Below are positions 45,275-54,566 of a stretch of DNA of 64,000 bases, piece after piece (the first letter of the stretch is position 1; the number at the start of each line of letters is the position of its first letter). Below the pieces are notes generated by a model. The model worked only from the letters and a program-made list of their open reading frames with translations. It was not told the DNA's origin and made no database searches. A program made the position numbers and the translations under genes. Origin of the DNA: an uncultured Candidatus Actinomarina sp. (GTDB taxonomy: Bacteria > Actinomycetota > Acidimicrobiia > Actinomarinales > Actinomarinaceae); contig CACLXG010000001.1 in assembly GCA_902610815.1 (NCBI GenBank), positions 12,775 to 76,774 of the forward strand, in the 5' to 3' direction.

Positions 45275-46719
45275 TGTCTTTAAAACCTACAATTGGTATT
45301 GAAACTCATATTGAGTTAAATACAAATACAAAAATGTTTTGTAGGTGTGCAGTTGTTGATACTGATGAACCAAACATAAGCTTATGTCCAACCTGTATAG
45401 GCTTACCGGGTGCTTTGCCTGTCCCAAACAAAAAAGCTATACAATTTATTACCTTACTTGCTCTTAGCACTGGGTGTGAAATAACAAGTAAAGGTATGTT
45501 TCATCGTAAAAATTATTTTTATCCTGATTTACCAAAAAATTATCAAATTTCTCAATTTGATTTACCAGTTGGACTTAATGGAGAATTGGAAATTGTTATT
45601 GATGAAAATAAGGATTATATTCAAATTGAAAGAGTTCATATGGAAGAGGATACAGGTAAATCTTCACACAGTGGATCAGGAAGAATTGAATCCGCAACCA
45701 GTACTGCACTGGATTTTAATCGTTCGGGCGTACCTCTAGTCGAGATTGTTACTAAACCAGTGATTTCATCATCAAAACAAGCTGTTGCTTACATAGAGGA
45801 GCTAAGGCAACTATCGATAGACTTAAATATTTCAGAAGGTCGTCTAGAGAAGGGGAATTTAAGATTTGATGCAAACATATCAGTAGCGCCTGAAGATAGT
45901 ACTGAACTAGGAACAAAAGTAGAGATAAAAAATATGAACTCTTTGCGATCATTGGAAAGAGCAATAGATTATGAAATACAAAGACAAACGAAAGCGCTTG
46001 AAGAGGGAGTTGAAATAGTTCAGGAAACTAGACATTGGGATGAAAATAAAGAAATAACTAGCACAATGAGGTCAAAAGAAGGTAGTGCCGACTATAGATA
46101 TTTTTCTGATCCCGATCTTCCCAATATGTTTTTAAGTGAAGAATTTATTAAAGGAGTTGAAACACTAATGCCACTTCTTCCAAAAGCTCAAAGAGAGGAA
46201 TTAATGACAACAGGCCTTTCTTTGAGTCAGTCAAATATATTAAGTAAAAGCGAAGAGTGGATTAAAAAATTGTATGTTAAAATTTTTGACCAGACAAAAG
46301 ACTCGGTAGCTTCATACAATTGGATTACAGGGGAGCTTCAGGGACAAATGAGGAAGGCAAATATTGAAGTTCTTCCAGAATGGTTTAATGAAGACTATTT
46401 GTCAGAAATTATCGAATTAATAAAAAGTGATAAGATATCTTTTACATCTGCGAAAATTATTTTGACTGAAATCTTAACTACAGACACTACTCCAAGTAAA
46501 GTAGCTGAGCAGAAAAATCTATTTCAAGAAAATGACTCTGAAAAAATCTCAGAAATGATTAGTCAGATTATCAAAGAGAATAAAGATATAGTCGAAAGAA
46601 TTAAATCAGGTGAAGATAAATTAGTTGGTTTTCTTGTTGGGCAACTTATGAAACAATCTAATGGTTCTGTTAACCCTGGAATGGCTAAAGAATTATTGCT
46701 TAAAGAGTTAGAAGACTAA
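45274..46719 (+). CDS. gatB: Asp/Glu-tRNA amidotransferase subunit B
   Basis: IGIETHIEL, RKNYFYPDLPKNYQISQ, HMEEDTGK, EIKNMNS, DYRYF; TAATG coupling at 45274. Confidence 0.98.
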   Translation: MSLKPTIGIETHIELNTNTKMFCRCAVVDTDEPNISLCPTCIGLPGALPVPNKKAIQFITLLALSTGCEITSKGMFHRKNYFYPDLPKNYQISQFDLPVGLNGELEIVIDENKDYIQIERVHMEEDTGKSSHSGSGRIESATSTALDFNRSGVPLVEIVTKPVISSSKQAVAYIEELRQLSIDLNISEGRLEKGNLRFDANISVAPEDSTELGTKVEIKNMNSLRSLERAIDYEIQRQTKALEEGVEIVQETRHWDENKEITSTMRSKEGSADYRYFSDPDLPNMFLSEEFIKGVETLMPLLPKAQREELMTTGLSLSQSNILSKSEEWIKKLYVKIFDQTKDSVASYNWITGELQGQMRKANIEVLPEWFNEDYLSEIIELIKSDKISFTSAKIILTEILTTDTTPSKVAEQKNLFQENDSEKISEMISQIIKENKDIVERIKSGEDKLVGFLVGQLMKQSNGSVNPGMAKELLLKELED

Positions 46720-47161
46720 CTTGATGTACTATCGTAGCGGATAGTAAACCTAATAACCCAGCCCCTAGATCATCATATAGAACACCGAGCTTTCCCGGGT
46801 AATTTTCTAACTGTGACACAAATTTTGGTTGTTTTAAAATATCACTTGCTCTAAACACTAGAAACCCTGCAATTAGAGGTAGCATTTCTGAGGGTGAAGC
46901 TAAAGACACTAAACTCATTCCTACAATTTCATCTAAAGTGATCCAACTCGGGTCTTCATCAGCATAATAATCTTCAACTGAATAGAAATAAATTAAGAGT
47001 AGTAATACGAATACAATTGATAATTCAAGTACGTTTAAATTCAAGAAATAAACTAGAACCGTGAAAATTAAAGGCGCAAAAGTTCCACCACCTTTTTTGT
47101 TGCCAAAAATATTTTGCCAGACTAGCCCAACACCAAATCCTGATGCCAAAAATCTTTTCAC
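46700..47161 (-). CDS. pgpA: Phosphatidylglycerophosphatase A family
   Basis: ASGFGVG, GGTF, DPSWITLDEIVG, FR..DI.K, GV.YDD..AG. Confidence 0.85.
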   Translation of the reverse strand: MKRFLASGFGVGLVWQNIFGNKKGGGTFAPLIFTVLVYFLNLNVLELSIVFVLLLLIYFYSVEDYYADEDPSWITLDEIVGMSLVSLASPSEMLPLIAGFLVFRASDILKQPKFVSQLENYPGKLGVLYDDLGAGLLGLLSATIVHQVSLLTL

Positions 47162-47223
47162 AATTGAATAATAGTATTTTTTATAGCTTCAATGATAAAA
47201 AGGACTATTATTTGTTATTAATA

Positions 47224-48141
47224 ATGGAAAAGTCAAAACTTATTTGGATGAATGGTGAGTTTGTTAATTGGGAAGATGCAACAGTTAGTGTTATGTCCCA
47301 TACCTTGCATTATGGTACCGGTGTTTTTGAGGGAATTAGGGCTAGGGAATGTCCAAAAGGTACTTCTATTTTTAGACTAAACGACCATGTAGATAGATTA
47401 TACAATTCTGCAAAAGCATATAACATGAATATCCCATACGATAAAGATGTAATTACTCAAGCAATTAAAGATTCTGTACATCTAAATAATCTAACTTCCG
47501 CATACATAAGACCTCTAGTATTTTTTGGTGAGGGCGAAATGGGACTTTTACCAAGCGACGTTCCTGTATGTGTCTCTATTTCTGCGTGGAGTTGGGGAGC
47601 TTACCTTGGAGATGAAGCTGGAAAAAAGGGTGTCAAGGTTTGTATTTCAAAATGGAAAAGAATCAGTCCAGAAAGTTTTATACCTACAGCAAAAGGGGTA
47701 GGTGGTTATATGAATTCAACACTTGCGAAAATTGATGCTGTAAACAATGGATATGATGATGCAATCATGTTTGGTGATGGCGATGTTGTAGCAGAAGGTA
47801 GTGGACAGAATTTATTTTTAATTAAGGATAGTAAAATAACCACACCTCCTATTGAAACTGGAGCATTAGGTGGGATTACTAGAAAAACAGTAATTGAAAT
47901 AGCTAATAATTTAAATTTAGAAGTAACTGAGCAAAATATTTCTAAAAAAGACTTATTAAGTGCTGATGAGCTGTTCTTTACTGGAACTGCTACAGAGGTT
48001 ATTGGTGTTGTATCTGTTGACAATAGCAATATAGGAAACGGATCACCTGGAGAAGTTACAAACGCTATTAGAAAAAAATACCTAGAAATTGTAAATGGAA
48101 ATGACGCTAATTCTGATAATTATTTAACATTAATTAAGTGA
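47224..48141 (+). CDS. ilvE: Branched-chain amino acid aminotransferase
   Basis: HTLHYGTGVFEGIR, YIRP, EGSGQNLF, GITR, ADELFFTGTA; start at ATG 47224. Confidence 0.96.
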   Translation: MEKSKLIWMNGEFVNWEDATVSVMSHTLHYGTGVFEGIRARECPKGTSIFRLNDHVDRLYNSAKAYNMNIPYDKDVITQAIKDSVHLNNLTSAYIRPLVFFGEGEMGLLPSDVPVCVSISAWSWGAYLGDEAGKKGVKVCISKWKRISPESFIPTAKGVGGYMNSTLAKIDAVNNGYDDAIMFGDGDVVAEGSGQNLFLIKDSKITTPPIETGALGGITRKTVIEIANNLNLEVTEQNISKKDLLSADELFFTGTATEVIGVVSVDNSNIGNGSPGEVTNAIRKKYLEIVNGNDANSDNYLTLIK

Positions 48142-48572
48142 GCCAGCAACCAAATTTAGAAGAAACAAATTACAAATTACAGACACTATCTGATCTGCCT
48201 GTTCCAAGATCACAAGGAAAAAAAGACTTGAATAGTTCTCTAAAAAATCCATATGAAGAAATTTTCTCTATACCAAGTCCTGATAGTGGTTATGCTTTGA
48301 AATTAATAAAAAAATATGAACATTTTTGGAGTTCTCATCATAAGAAAAAGTTAATTACAAAAATTATTTCAAATTTAGTAATTTATCAGGCATCTTTGGC
48401 TGGAAGAGGTCCTACTAAAAGTGATATAGAAAAAGTCTTAAAAGTTTTAGAGATAAGTGAAACCTCTCTCGGTTTACTAACTAAAGACAATCTCTTAATA
48501 GCTGGTAAAGAAACAATAAAAGGTTTACATTTATCTGAATTATTTTTAACTATTGACGCTGATAATTTATAA
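48138..48572 (+). CDS. Hypothetical protein
   Basis: GTGA overlap with ilvE, in-operon orientation; PSPDSGYALKL..ASLAGRGP; no family recognised. Confidence 0.7.
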   Translation: MSQQPNLEETNYKLQTLSDLPVPRSQGKKDLNSSLKNPYEEIFSIPSPDSGYALKLIKKYEHFWSSHHKKKLITKIISNLVIYQASLAGRGPTKSDIEKVLKVLEISETSLGLLTKDNLLIAGKETIKGLHLSELFLTIDADNL

Positions 48573-48590
48573 AACTTTTACACTTGAATA

Positions 48591-49367
48591 ATGAAGATTG
48601 TAAGAGCTAAGTTTGAAGGCGAAATCTTTTATGGTGAGCTTACCGACGAAGGTATTATTCGATACGAAGGCTCACCTCTCGTTGTTTGGGAGCCTACTGA
48701 AGAGAAGTATAATATTGATGAAATTCAGTTATTAGCACCAGTTTTACCAAGTAAAGTAACAGCTGTTGCAAAAAATTATGAAAAACATGCAGTTGAGTTA
48801 GGAGTTCATGATTATACCGCACCAAAAAATCCTGTGTTTTTTAACAAACCTTCAACATCTGTAATTGGTACTGGTGAATCAATAATATATCCACCAATAG
48901 GTCAACATGTTGATCATGAGGCTGAATTAGCTGTAGTAATTGGAAAACTCAGTAAAAACCTTACTAAAGATAATTGGATGGATAGTGTTCTGGGTTTTAC
49001 TATTGCTAACGATTTATCAGAAAGAGTTTTACAAGGACAAGATGGAACATTCAATGGTAATTTTACAAGAGCAAAAAGTTTTGATACCTTTTGTCCTTTA
49101 GGTCCCGTAATACAAACTAATTTTGAGCAGAATCCAGAGTTGGGAATTAAATGCTTTGTTAATGATGAACTAAAACAAGATGGAAATACTAAAGATATGA
49201 TTTTTAGTGTTGGTGAAATCTTGGAGTTTGTTTCATCAATTATGACCCTATTGCCAGGAGATGTTGTTCTTACAGGTACTCCCGAAGGCGTCTCTAAAGT
49301 TCAGCCAGGTGATGAAATAAAAATAGAAATAGAGACTATTGGTACACTGATAAATCCAGTTAAATAA
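48591..49367 (+). CDS. Fumarylacetoacetate hydrolase family protein
   Basis: NYEKH, FNKP, HEAELAVVIG, AKSFDTFCPLGP, LLPGDVVLTGTP. Confidence 0.93.
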   Translation: MKIVRAKFEGEIFYGELTDEGIIRYEGSPLVVWEPTEEKYNIDEIQLLAPVLPSKVTAVAKNYEKHAVELGVHDYTAPKNPVFFNKPSTSVIGTGESIIYPPIGQHVDHEAELAVVIGKLSKNLTKDNWMDSVLGFTIANDLSERVLQGQDGTFNGNFTRAKSFDTFCPLGPVIQTNFEQNPELGIKCFVNDELKQDGNTKDMIFSVGEILEFVSSIMTLLPGDVVLTGTPEGVSKVQPGDEIKIEIETIGTLINPVK

Positions 49368-49368
49368 T

Positions 49369-50679
49369 ATGAAATTAAGAATTGCCCCTTCACCTACTGG
49401 CAGCCTTCATATAGGAAACGCAAGGACTGCGTTATTCAACTGGCTATACGCTAAAGCAAATGGAGGCACTTTTGTTGTAAGAATTGATGACACTGACATA
49501 GAGCGTAGCACTGAAGAGTTTCAACAAGACATTCTAGAAAATCTAAGATGGTTAGGACTTGATTGGGATGAAGGCGTTGAAGTTGGTGGAGAGCATGGTG
49601 ATTATAAACAGTCTTCACGGTTTGATAGATATAGAGAAGTAGCAAATGAACTCTTAGAAAAAGACCTTGCTTATAAAGATGATGGTGCAATTAGATTCAA
49701 AGTCCCTAGTGATAGAACAATTGAATTCAAAGATTTTGTACGTGGAGACATGTCATTTGAAACTTCAGATGTAGAAGATTTTGTCATTTTAAGATCTGAC
49801 AATACCCCGACATACCACCTTGCCTCTACAGTCGATGATATAGACTATGGAATAACAATAATTGCAAGGGGAGAGGATATACTTTCTTCAACTCCCAAAC
49901 ACATACTGATTATGGAAGCCTTAGATGCAACAATACCAAATTTTTGCCATCTACCTTTATTATTTGGTCCAGACGGTAAAAAACTAAGTAAAAGACATGG
50001 GGATACATCAGTTGAAGCATTTCGTCAAAAAGGAATATTAAATGATGCAATGTTCAACTATCTTTGCCTACTTGGCTGGTCACCGGGTGATGATATTGAG
50101 CTATTTGATAGTGATTTTGCAATTAGTAAATTTGATTTAAATAAAGTACTACCAAATTCAGCTACTTTTGATGAAAAAAAACTCCTATGGTTAAATGGAC
50201 AGTATATAAGATCAACTTCACCAAATAAATTCGAAGAGGATTCACTGCAAAATATTGAGAATCAACTTAGTAGAGAATTATTTCATGAAGAAAAAGATAG
50301 AATGTTAAAAATATTTCCTTCTGTACAGGAAAGAATTGAAACGATGAACGATCTTTTCGGCCAAGTCCAGTTTCTCATTGATGAGCCATTTGTTATTGAC
50401 AAGGAAGATTGGGAGTCTGTAAATTCTGAAGAGGCTCAAATATACTTAGATGCTATTAGAAATAAATTTATTGCATTGGATGACTTTAATTTAAATATTA
50501 TTGAGGATACGATGAGAGCGACCCTAGAAGAATTGGATATAAAAACAAGAGTAGGTTTTCAGTCTGCAAGAGTAGCTGTAACTGGCACAAAAATTAGTCC
50601 ACCATTATTTGAGTCAATATTTGCACTTGGTAAAGAGACATCTATTGCAAGATTGGCACAAAGTATCGAAAAATTATAA
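49369..50679 (+). CDS. gltX: Glutamate--tRNA ligase
   Basis: APSPTGSLHIGNAR, RIDDTD, RGED, KLSKR, SPPLF. Confidence 0.96.
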   Translation: MKLRIAPSPTGSLHIGNARTALFNWLYAKANGGTFVVRIDDTDIERSTEEFQQDILENLRWLGLDWDEGVEVGGEHGDYKQSSRFDRYREVANELLEKDLAYKDDGAIRFKVPSDRTIEFKDFVRGDMSFETSDVEDFVILRSDNTPTYHLASTVDDIDYGITIIARGEDILSSTPKHILIMEALDATIPNFCHLPLLFGPDGKKLSKRHGDTSVEAFRQKGILNDAMFNYLCLLGWSPGDDIELFDSDFAISKFDLNKVLPNSATFDEKKLLWLNGQYIRSTSPNKFEEDSLQNIENQLSRELFHEEKDRMLKIFPSVQERIETMNDLFGQVQFLIDEPFVIDKEDWESVNSEEAQIYLDAIRNKFIALDDFNLNIIEDTMRATLEELDIKTRVGFQSARVAVTGTKISPPLFESIFALGKETSIARLAQSIEKL

Positions 50680-50718
50680 CAACTAATAATTAAAATACTT
50701 TATTCTTAATATTTATAC

Positions 50719-50791
50719 GGCCCCGTCGTCCAGAGGCCTAGGACGCTGGGTTTTCAACCCAGAAACGCCGGTTCGAATCCGGTCGGGGCTG
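50719..50791 (+). tRNA. tRNA-Glu (TTC)
   Basis: Acceptor GGCCCCG/CGGGGCT, anticodon arm CTGGG-TT[TTC]AA-CCCAG, T-loop GTTCGAATC; no encoded CCA. Confidence 0.96.
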
Positions 50792-50798
50792 CTACCTT

Positions 50799-50870
50799 TC
50801 GGGGATGGTGTAATTGGCAACACAATGGGTTCTGGTCCCATCGTTGAGGGTTCAAATCCTTCTCCCCGAG
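50799..50870 (+). tRNA. tRNA-Gln (CTG)
   Basis: Acceptor TCGGGGA/TCCCCGA, anticodon arm ATGGG-TT[CTG]GT-CCCAT, T-loop GTTCAAATC. Confidence 0.96.
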
Positions 50871-50874
50871 CAGA

Positions 50875-50947
50875 GGCCCCGTCGTCTAGAGGCCTAGGAC
50901 GCTGCCCTCTCAAGGCAGAAACGCCGGTTCAAATCCGGTCGGGGCTG
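50875..50947 (+). tRNA. tRNA-Glu (CTC)
   Basis: Acceptor GGCCCCG/CGGGGCT, anticodon arm CTGCC-CT[CTC]AA-GGCAG, T-loop GTTCAAATC. Confidence 0.96.
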
Positions 50948-51553
50948 CTAAATTGTTAGCTTTTTAAACCACCTTGGTTGGTTAAGTAGAAATTTTTGAT
51001 AGTCATTTTCATCATCAAGTTCAAAAGTAAATTCAGTGCTATAAATTTGTTTATATTCAAATTTATTTTCCTTAAGATATTTTGAATGTTTATCAAAGCT
51101 TTTAACTCCAAATCTGAACTCATCAAAGCTAACACTTCCAGCTATAAATGGAGTACCACTATCTTTACTTTTTGCTATTAGGATTTCACTTCCTTCAATT
51201 TCTTGGATCATCGTTTTTGCAAAATATTTTGTTACATAAGGTAAATCAGAATGACATATCATCCAGCCTTGGTAATTTTTAAAATATTTAGAAAACTCTA
51301 TAACTTCTTTGTTCAAACCTACTGATTTTGCATTGAAAAAATTAATTTCTAGTTGGTTTGCTAATTTTTCTATTTCTGAATCATTTGAAATCAAAAATAT
51401 ATCATTGTCTTTGCTTCTGAAACATTCTGCTAAATTTTTAATAAGTCCTATCTGCAAGGAAATTCTTTGGCTTTTATCTAATGTACTATCTAGCCTAGAC
51501 ATTGGTTCTTCGAGGTTTTTTATTGGGATACCTATAATATTTTTTCTATTCAT
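50948..51553 (-). CDS. cofC: CofC/FbiD-like guanylyltransferase (coenzyme F420 biosynthesis)
   Basis: IPIK....SRL N-terminus, GLN, SDLP, DSGT, FG..SF..H, ELDD..D; divergent. Confidence 0.72.
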   Translation of the reverse strand: MNRKNIIGIPIKNLEEPMSRLDSTLDKSQRISLQIGLIKNLAECFRSKDNDIFLISNDSEIEKLANQLEINFFNAKSVGLNKEVIEFSKYFKNYQGWMICHSDLPYVTKYFAKTMIQEIEGSEILIAKSKDSGTPFIAGSVSFDEFRFGVKSFDKHSKYLKENKFEYKQIYSTEFTFELDDENDYQKFLLNQPRWFKKLTI

Positions 51554-51597
51554 ATTCTTAAATTTGTTATACCATGCTATTAAAGTATTTAATCAAT

Positions 51598-52995
51598 ATG
51601 GATAGAAAAACAAAAATTATTGCAACAGTTGGCCCAAGCCTATCTAGTGAATCAAAAATTAACAAGATTATAGATGCTGGAGCTAATGTCTTAAGAATAA
51701 ACTTCTCACATGGAACACTTGAGGATCATAAAAATGTAATATCGTGGGCAAAAAAATCTAATAAGCAAGTTGCAATAATGCAAGATATTCAAGGACCCAA
51801 AATACGAACTGGTATTTCATCTGAAAATACTTTTTTAGAAAAAAGTAAAAAAGTCACCCTAACAAATATTGAAACTGAATCAAACAATGACATTGTTTTT
51901 ATCAATTATGAAAATTTATTGACGGATGTAAATGTTGACGACAGAGTATTTATAGATGATGGGCAAATAGTACTTAAAGTAGCTAAAAAAGAAAAGGATA
52001 AATTAGAAGCACTAATTTTAATTGGAGGAGAGCTTAGAGATAACCAAGGAGTAGCATTTCCAGACTCTAACCTTTCGGTTTCAGCTATAACAGAAAAAGA
52101 TAAAGAACATCTCAAATTTGGAACAGAACATGATGTTGATTTTGTTGCAGTTTCATTTGTTAGAAATGCAAGTGATATAAATCTTGTTAAAGAAATCATT
52201 CCAAAAGATATAAAAGTAATAGCAAAAATAGAATTAAAAACTGCTTTAGATAATATTGATGAGATCTTAGATATTGCGGATGGAGTCATGGTGGCAAGAG
52301 GAGACCTAGGAGTTCAACTTCCATTGGAACAAGTTCCATTTGTGCAAAAGCAGATTTTAGATGCTGCTAACAAAAGAGGAAAAATATCTATAACAGCAAC
52401 CGAAATGCTTCAATCAATGAAAACTTCTTATAGACCTTCTAGGGCAGAGGTTACAGATATTACTAATGCAATACTTGAAGGTTCAGATTCAGTAATGCTT
52501 TCAGCAGAAACAGCTATTGGTGATAATCCAAATAGAGTAGTTGAAGTAATGTCTATAATTTGTGCTGAAACAGATTCTAGAAATGATACCTCTTCCCTGC
52601 TTTCAAAAGAAGATTCAAAAGAAGATTCAATAACTACTACTTTAGCAAGGGCTGCAGTTCAGGTGGCAAATGAAATAGATGCTATTTCGATAATCGCTTT
52701 CACGGAAACAGGTAAAACACCCTTGTTAATTTCAAACTTTAGGCCAAAAGCTGAAATTATTACATTTACAACAAAGAAAAAAACATTGAATCAAATGAAT
52801 TTACTTTGGGGTGTAGACCAACATCTAATGGAGCGAAAAGAGACTTTTTCAGAGATGTTGAAATCTGCAAATGACTTTTTAATTAGTGAAAAAAAATATA
52901 ATAAAGGTGATAAAGTAGTGGTTGTTGCTGGAACACCCCCTAATGTTGAGGCTGCAACAAATTTGATAAGAGTTCATGTAATTGGAGATTCATAA
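51598..52995 (+). CDS. pyk: Pyruvate kinase
   Basis: RKTKIIATVGP, RINFSHG, DIQGPKIR, IAKIE, MVARGDLG, ATEMLQSM, MLSAETA. Confidence 0.97.
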   Translation: MDRKTKIIATVGPSLSSESKINKIIDAGANVLRINFSHGTLEDHKNVISWAKKSNKQVAIMQDIQGPKIRTGISSENTFLEKSKKVTLTNIETESNNDIVFINYENLLTDVNVDDRVFIDDGQIVLKVAKKEKDKLEALILIGGELRDNQGVAFPDSNLSVSAITEKDKEHLKFGTEHDVDFVAVSFVRNASDINLVKEIIPKDIKVIAKIELKTALDNIDEILDIADGVMVARGDLGVQLPLEQVPFVQKQILDAANKRGKISITATEMLQSMKTSYRPSRAEVTDITNAILEGSDSVMLSAETAIGDNPNRVVEVMSIICAETDSRNDTSSLLSKEDSKEDSITTTLARAAVQVANEIDAISIIAFTETGKTPLLISNFRPKAEIITFTTKKKTLNQMNLLWGVDQHLMERKETFSEMLKSANDFLISEKKYNKGDKVVVVAGTPPNVEAATNLIRVHVIGDS

Positions 52996-53294
52996 TGGGG
53001 CAAATTATTGAAGTTAGAAGTACAAAGTTAAATAAGACTGTTATTTTTGATTTAAATAGATCTGTTTCAGGCCAAGAGGGTATGACTTTTCATAATATCT
53101 CAGAAGCATCATTAATACCCGATGTAAGTGGTCAGTTAGCCCTAAAGCTGTTTCAAGAGACAAGCGATATAGATACAATTTTCATTCAATCCAACATTGT
53201 AACCGTAAACTTTAAAAGAAATTTAGGTTCTGATATATCTGAAGTAGAAGAGACTCTAAAAAACTTCTTTGTTTTTTATGGTGAAGAAGAATGA
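52995..53294 (+). CDS. NifU N-terminal (Nfu_N scaffold)-like small protein
   Basis: LALKLF...IDTIFIQSNIVTV pattern resembles the Nfu_N domain. Confidence 0.55.
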   Translation: MGQIIEVRSTKLNKTVIFDLNRSVSGQEGMTFHNISEASLIPDVSGQLALKLFQETSDIDTIFIQSNIVTVNFKRNLGSDISEVEETLKNFFVFYGEEE

Positions 53295-54232
53295 AAGTAG
53301 GTGTAACTGGTGCATCAGGTTTTATTGGTAGAAAACTTTGTAAAGCTTTAAATGAATCTGATTTTGAAGTTTATAAGTTTGTAAGAAGAGAGCCTAAAAA
53401 TGATAATGAAATTTATTGGAGACCATCTAAAAAAGATATAGACCAAGAAAAATTCGAATCCCTTGATGCAGTAATACATTTAGCCGGTGAAAGTATTGCG
53501 CCAAAAGATATTTTTGGATTCCTCCCTTTTGCAGGTGGAAGATGGAGTAAGGAACGAAAATCCAGAATATACTGGTCAAGAAAATGGGCATCTGAAACAT
53601 TTATACAGGCATATCAATCATCTAAAAATCATCCAAATATATTTATAACTGCGTCTGGAAATGATGTATATGGAGACCATGGAGATGAGGTAGTTACTGA
53701 GGAGACTACTTATAATCGAGGTCAGTATTTACAACTTGTTGTTGAAGAAGCATGGGAAGGGCCTTTAGATGAAATTAAGAAGCTAGGTGTACGAGTTGTA
53801 ATGTGTCGAGCTGGAATTGTCTTAGGACGAGGGAATGTAGCAACACAAATTTTTACATTGGTGTCTAAGTTAAATTTATCAGGTCCTATTGGAAAGGGGG
53901 ATCAATATTTTTCCTGGGTATCAGTCAATGATCTTGTCTCTGCTTATATTTTCTGTTTAAATAACTCAGATATTAGCGGACCAGTTAATTGCACTGCTCC
54001 AGAACCACTTCAACAAAAAGAATTTGCAAGAATTATTGCTAAAACAATGAATAAAAAATACTTCGCTCCTCCATTACCTCCAATAATTATGCGTATAGCA
54101 GTTGGCTGGGAACTAGGTGAGCAATTAGGATTAAATAGTATAAGAGCAATACCTAAAAAATTACTTGAAAAAGGATTTGTTTTTAAAAATACAACTTTAG
54201 ATACTATGAAAGAGGACTTTATTAATGAGTAG
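53291..54232 (+). CDS. TIGR01777-family NAD(P)-dependent oxidoreductase
   Basis: VTGASGFIG, HLAGESI, RWS...K..I..SR, G.G.QYFSWV, GPVN.TAP. Confidence 0.92.
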   Translation: MKVGVTGASGFIGRKLCKALNESDFEVYKFVRREPKNDNEIYWRPSKKDIDQEKFESLDAVIHLAGESIAPKDIFGFLPFAGGRWSKERKSRIYWSRKWASETFIQAYQSSKNHPNIFITASGNDVYGDHGDEVVTEETTYNRGQYLQLVVEEAWEGPLDEIKKLGVRVVMCRAGIVLGRGNVATQIFTLVSKLNLSGPIGKGDQYFSWVSVNDLVSAYIFCLNNSDISGPVNCTAPEPLQQKEFARIIAKTMNKKYFAPPLPPIIMRIAVGWELGEQLGLNSIRAIPKKLLEKGFVFKNTTLDTMKEDFINE

Positions 54233-54566
54233 TTACGAAGATAGGATGGCAGAAAAGTACAATTTTCTAAAAAAAGAAAATACGGATCAAAAATCTGAAC
54301 AAAGCATTTCAGAGGAAAAGCCATTAGAAGATCCACAAAAAAATGTTCAATCTCCTGAAGAAGGTAGCCTTCTTGTTCCTCTTGATGCTTGGAATACAGT
54401 CTTAAACCAATTAGGTAATTTACATGAGGCTAGTCAACAAATGGCTGAAGCTCGTGAAAGAGCAGCTAAAGCAGAATTAGAAGCTGATTTTCTTAGAGAG
54501 AAACTTAAAAATACTAGACAGCAGTTAGACGAAGTAAAAAAGAAAAAGAGGTTTTTCTTTTTTTAA
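54225..54566 (+). CDS. Hypothetical coiled-coil protein
   Basis: Charged helical C-half ending KKKKRFFFF; overlaps the upstream gene. Confidence 0.7.
   Translation: MSSYEDRMAEKYNFLKKENTDQKSEQSISEEKPLEDPQKNVQSPEEGSLLVPLDAWNTVLNQLGNLHEASQQMAEARERAAKAELEADFLREKLKNTRQQLDEVKKKKRFFFF

Noticed and set aside
50713..50913. 66-aa minus-strand ORF with an internal repeat (QRPRPLDDGA twice)
   Set aside because: It is the antisense reading of the tRNA cluster; the repeat comes from the two tRNA-Glu genes
50719..50947. Direct repeats suggesting an att site or CRISPR
   Set aside because: Explained by two tRNA-Glu isoacceptors; no integrase, spacers or cas genes
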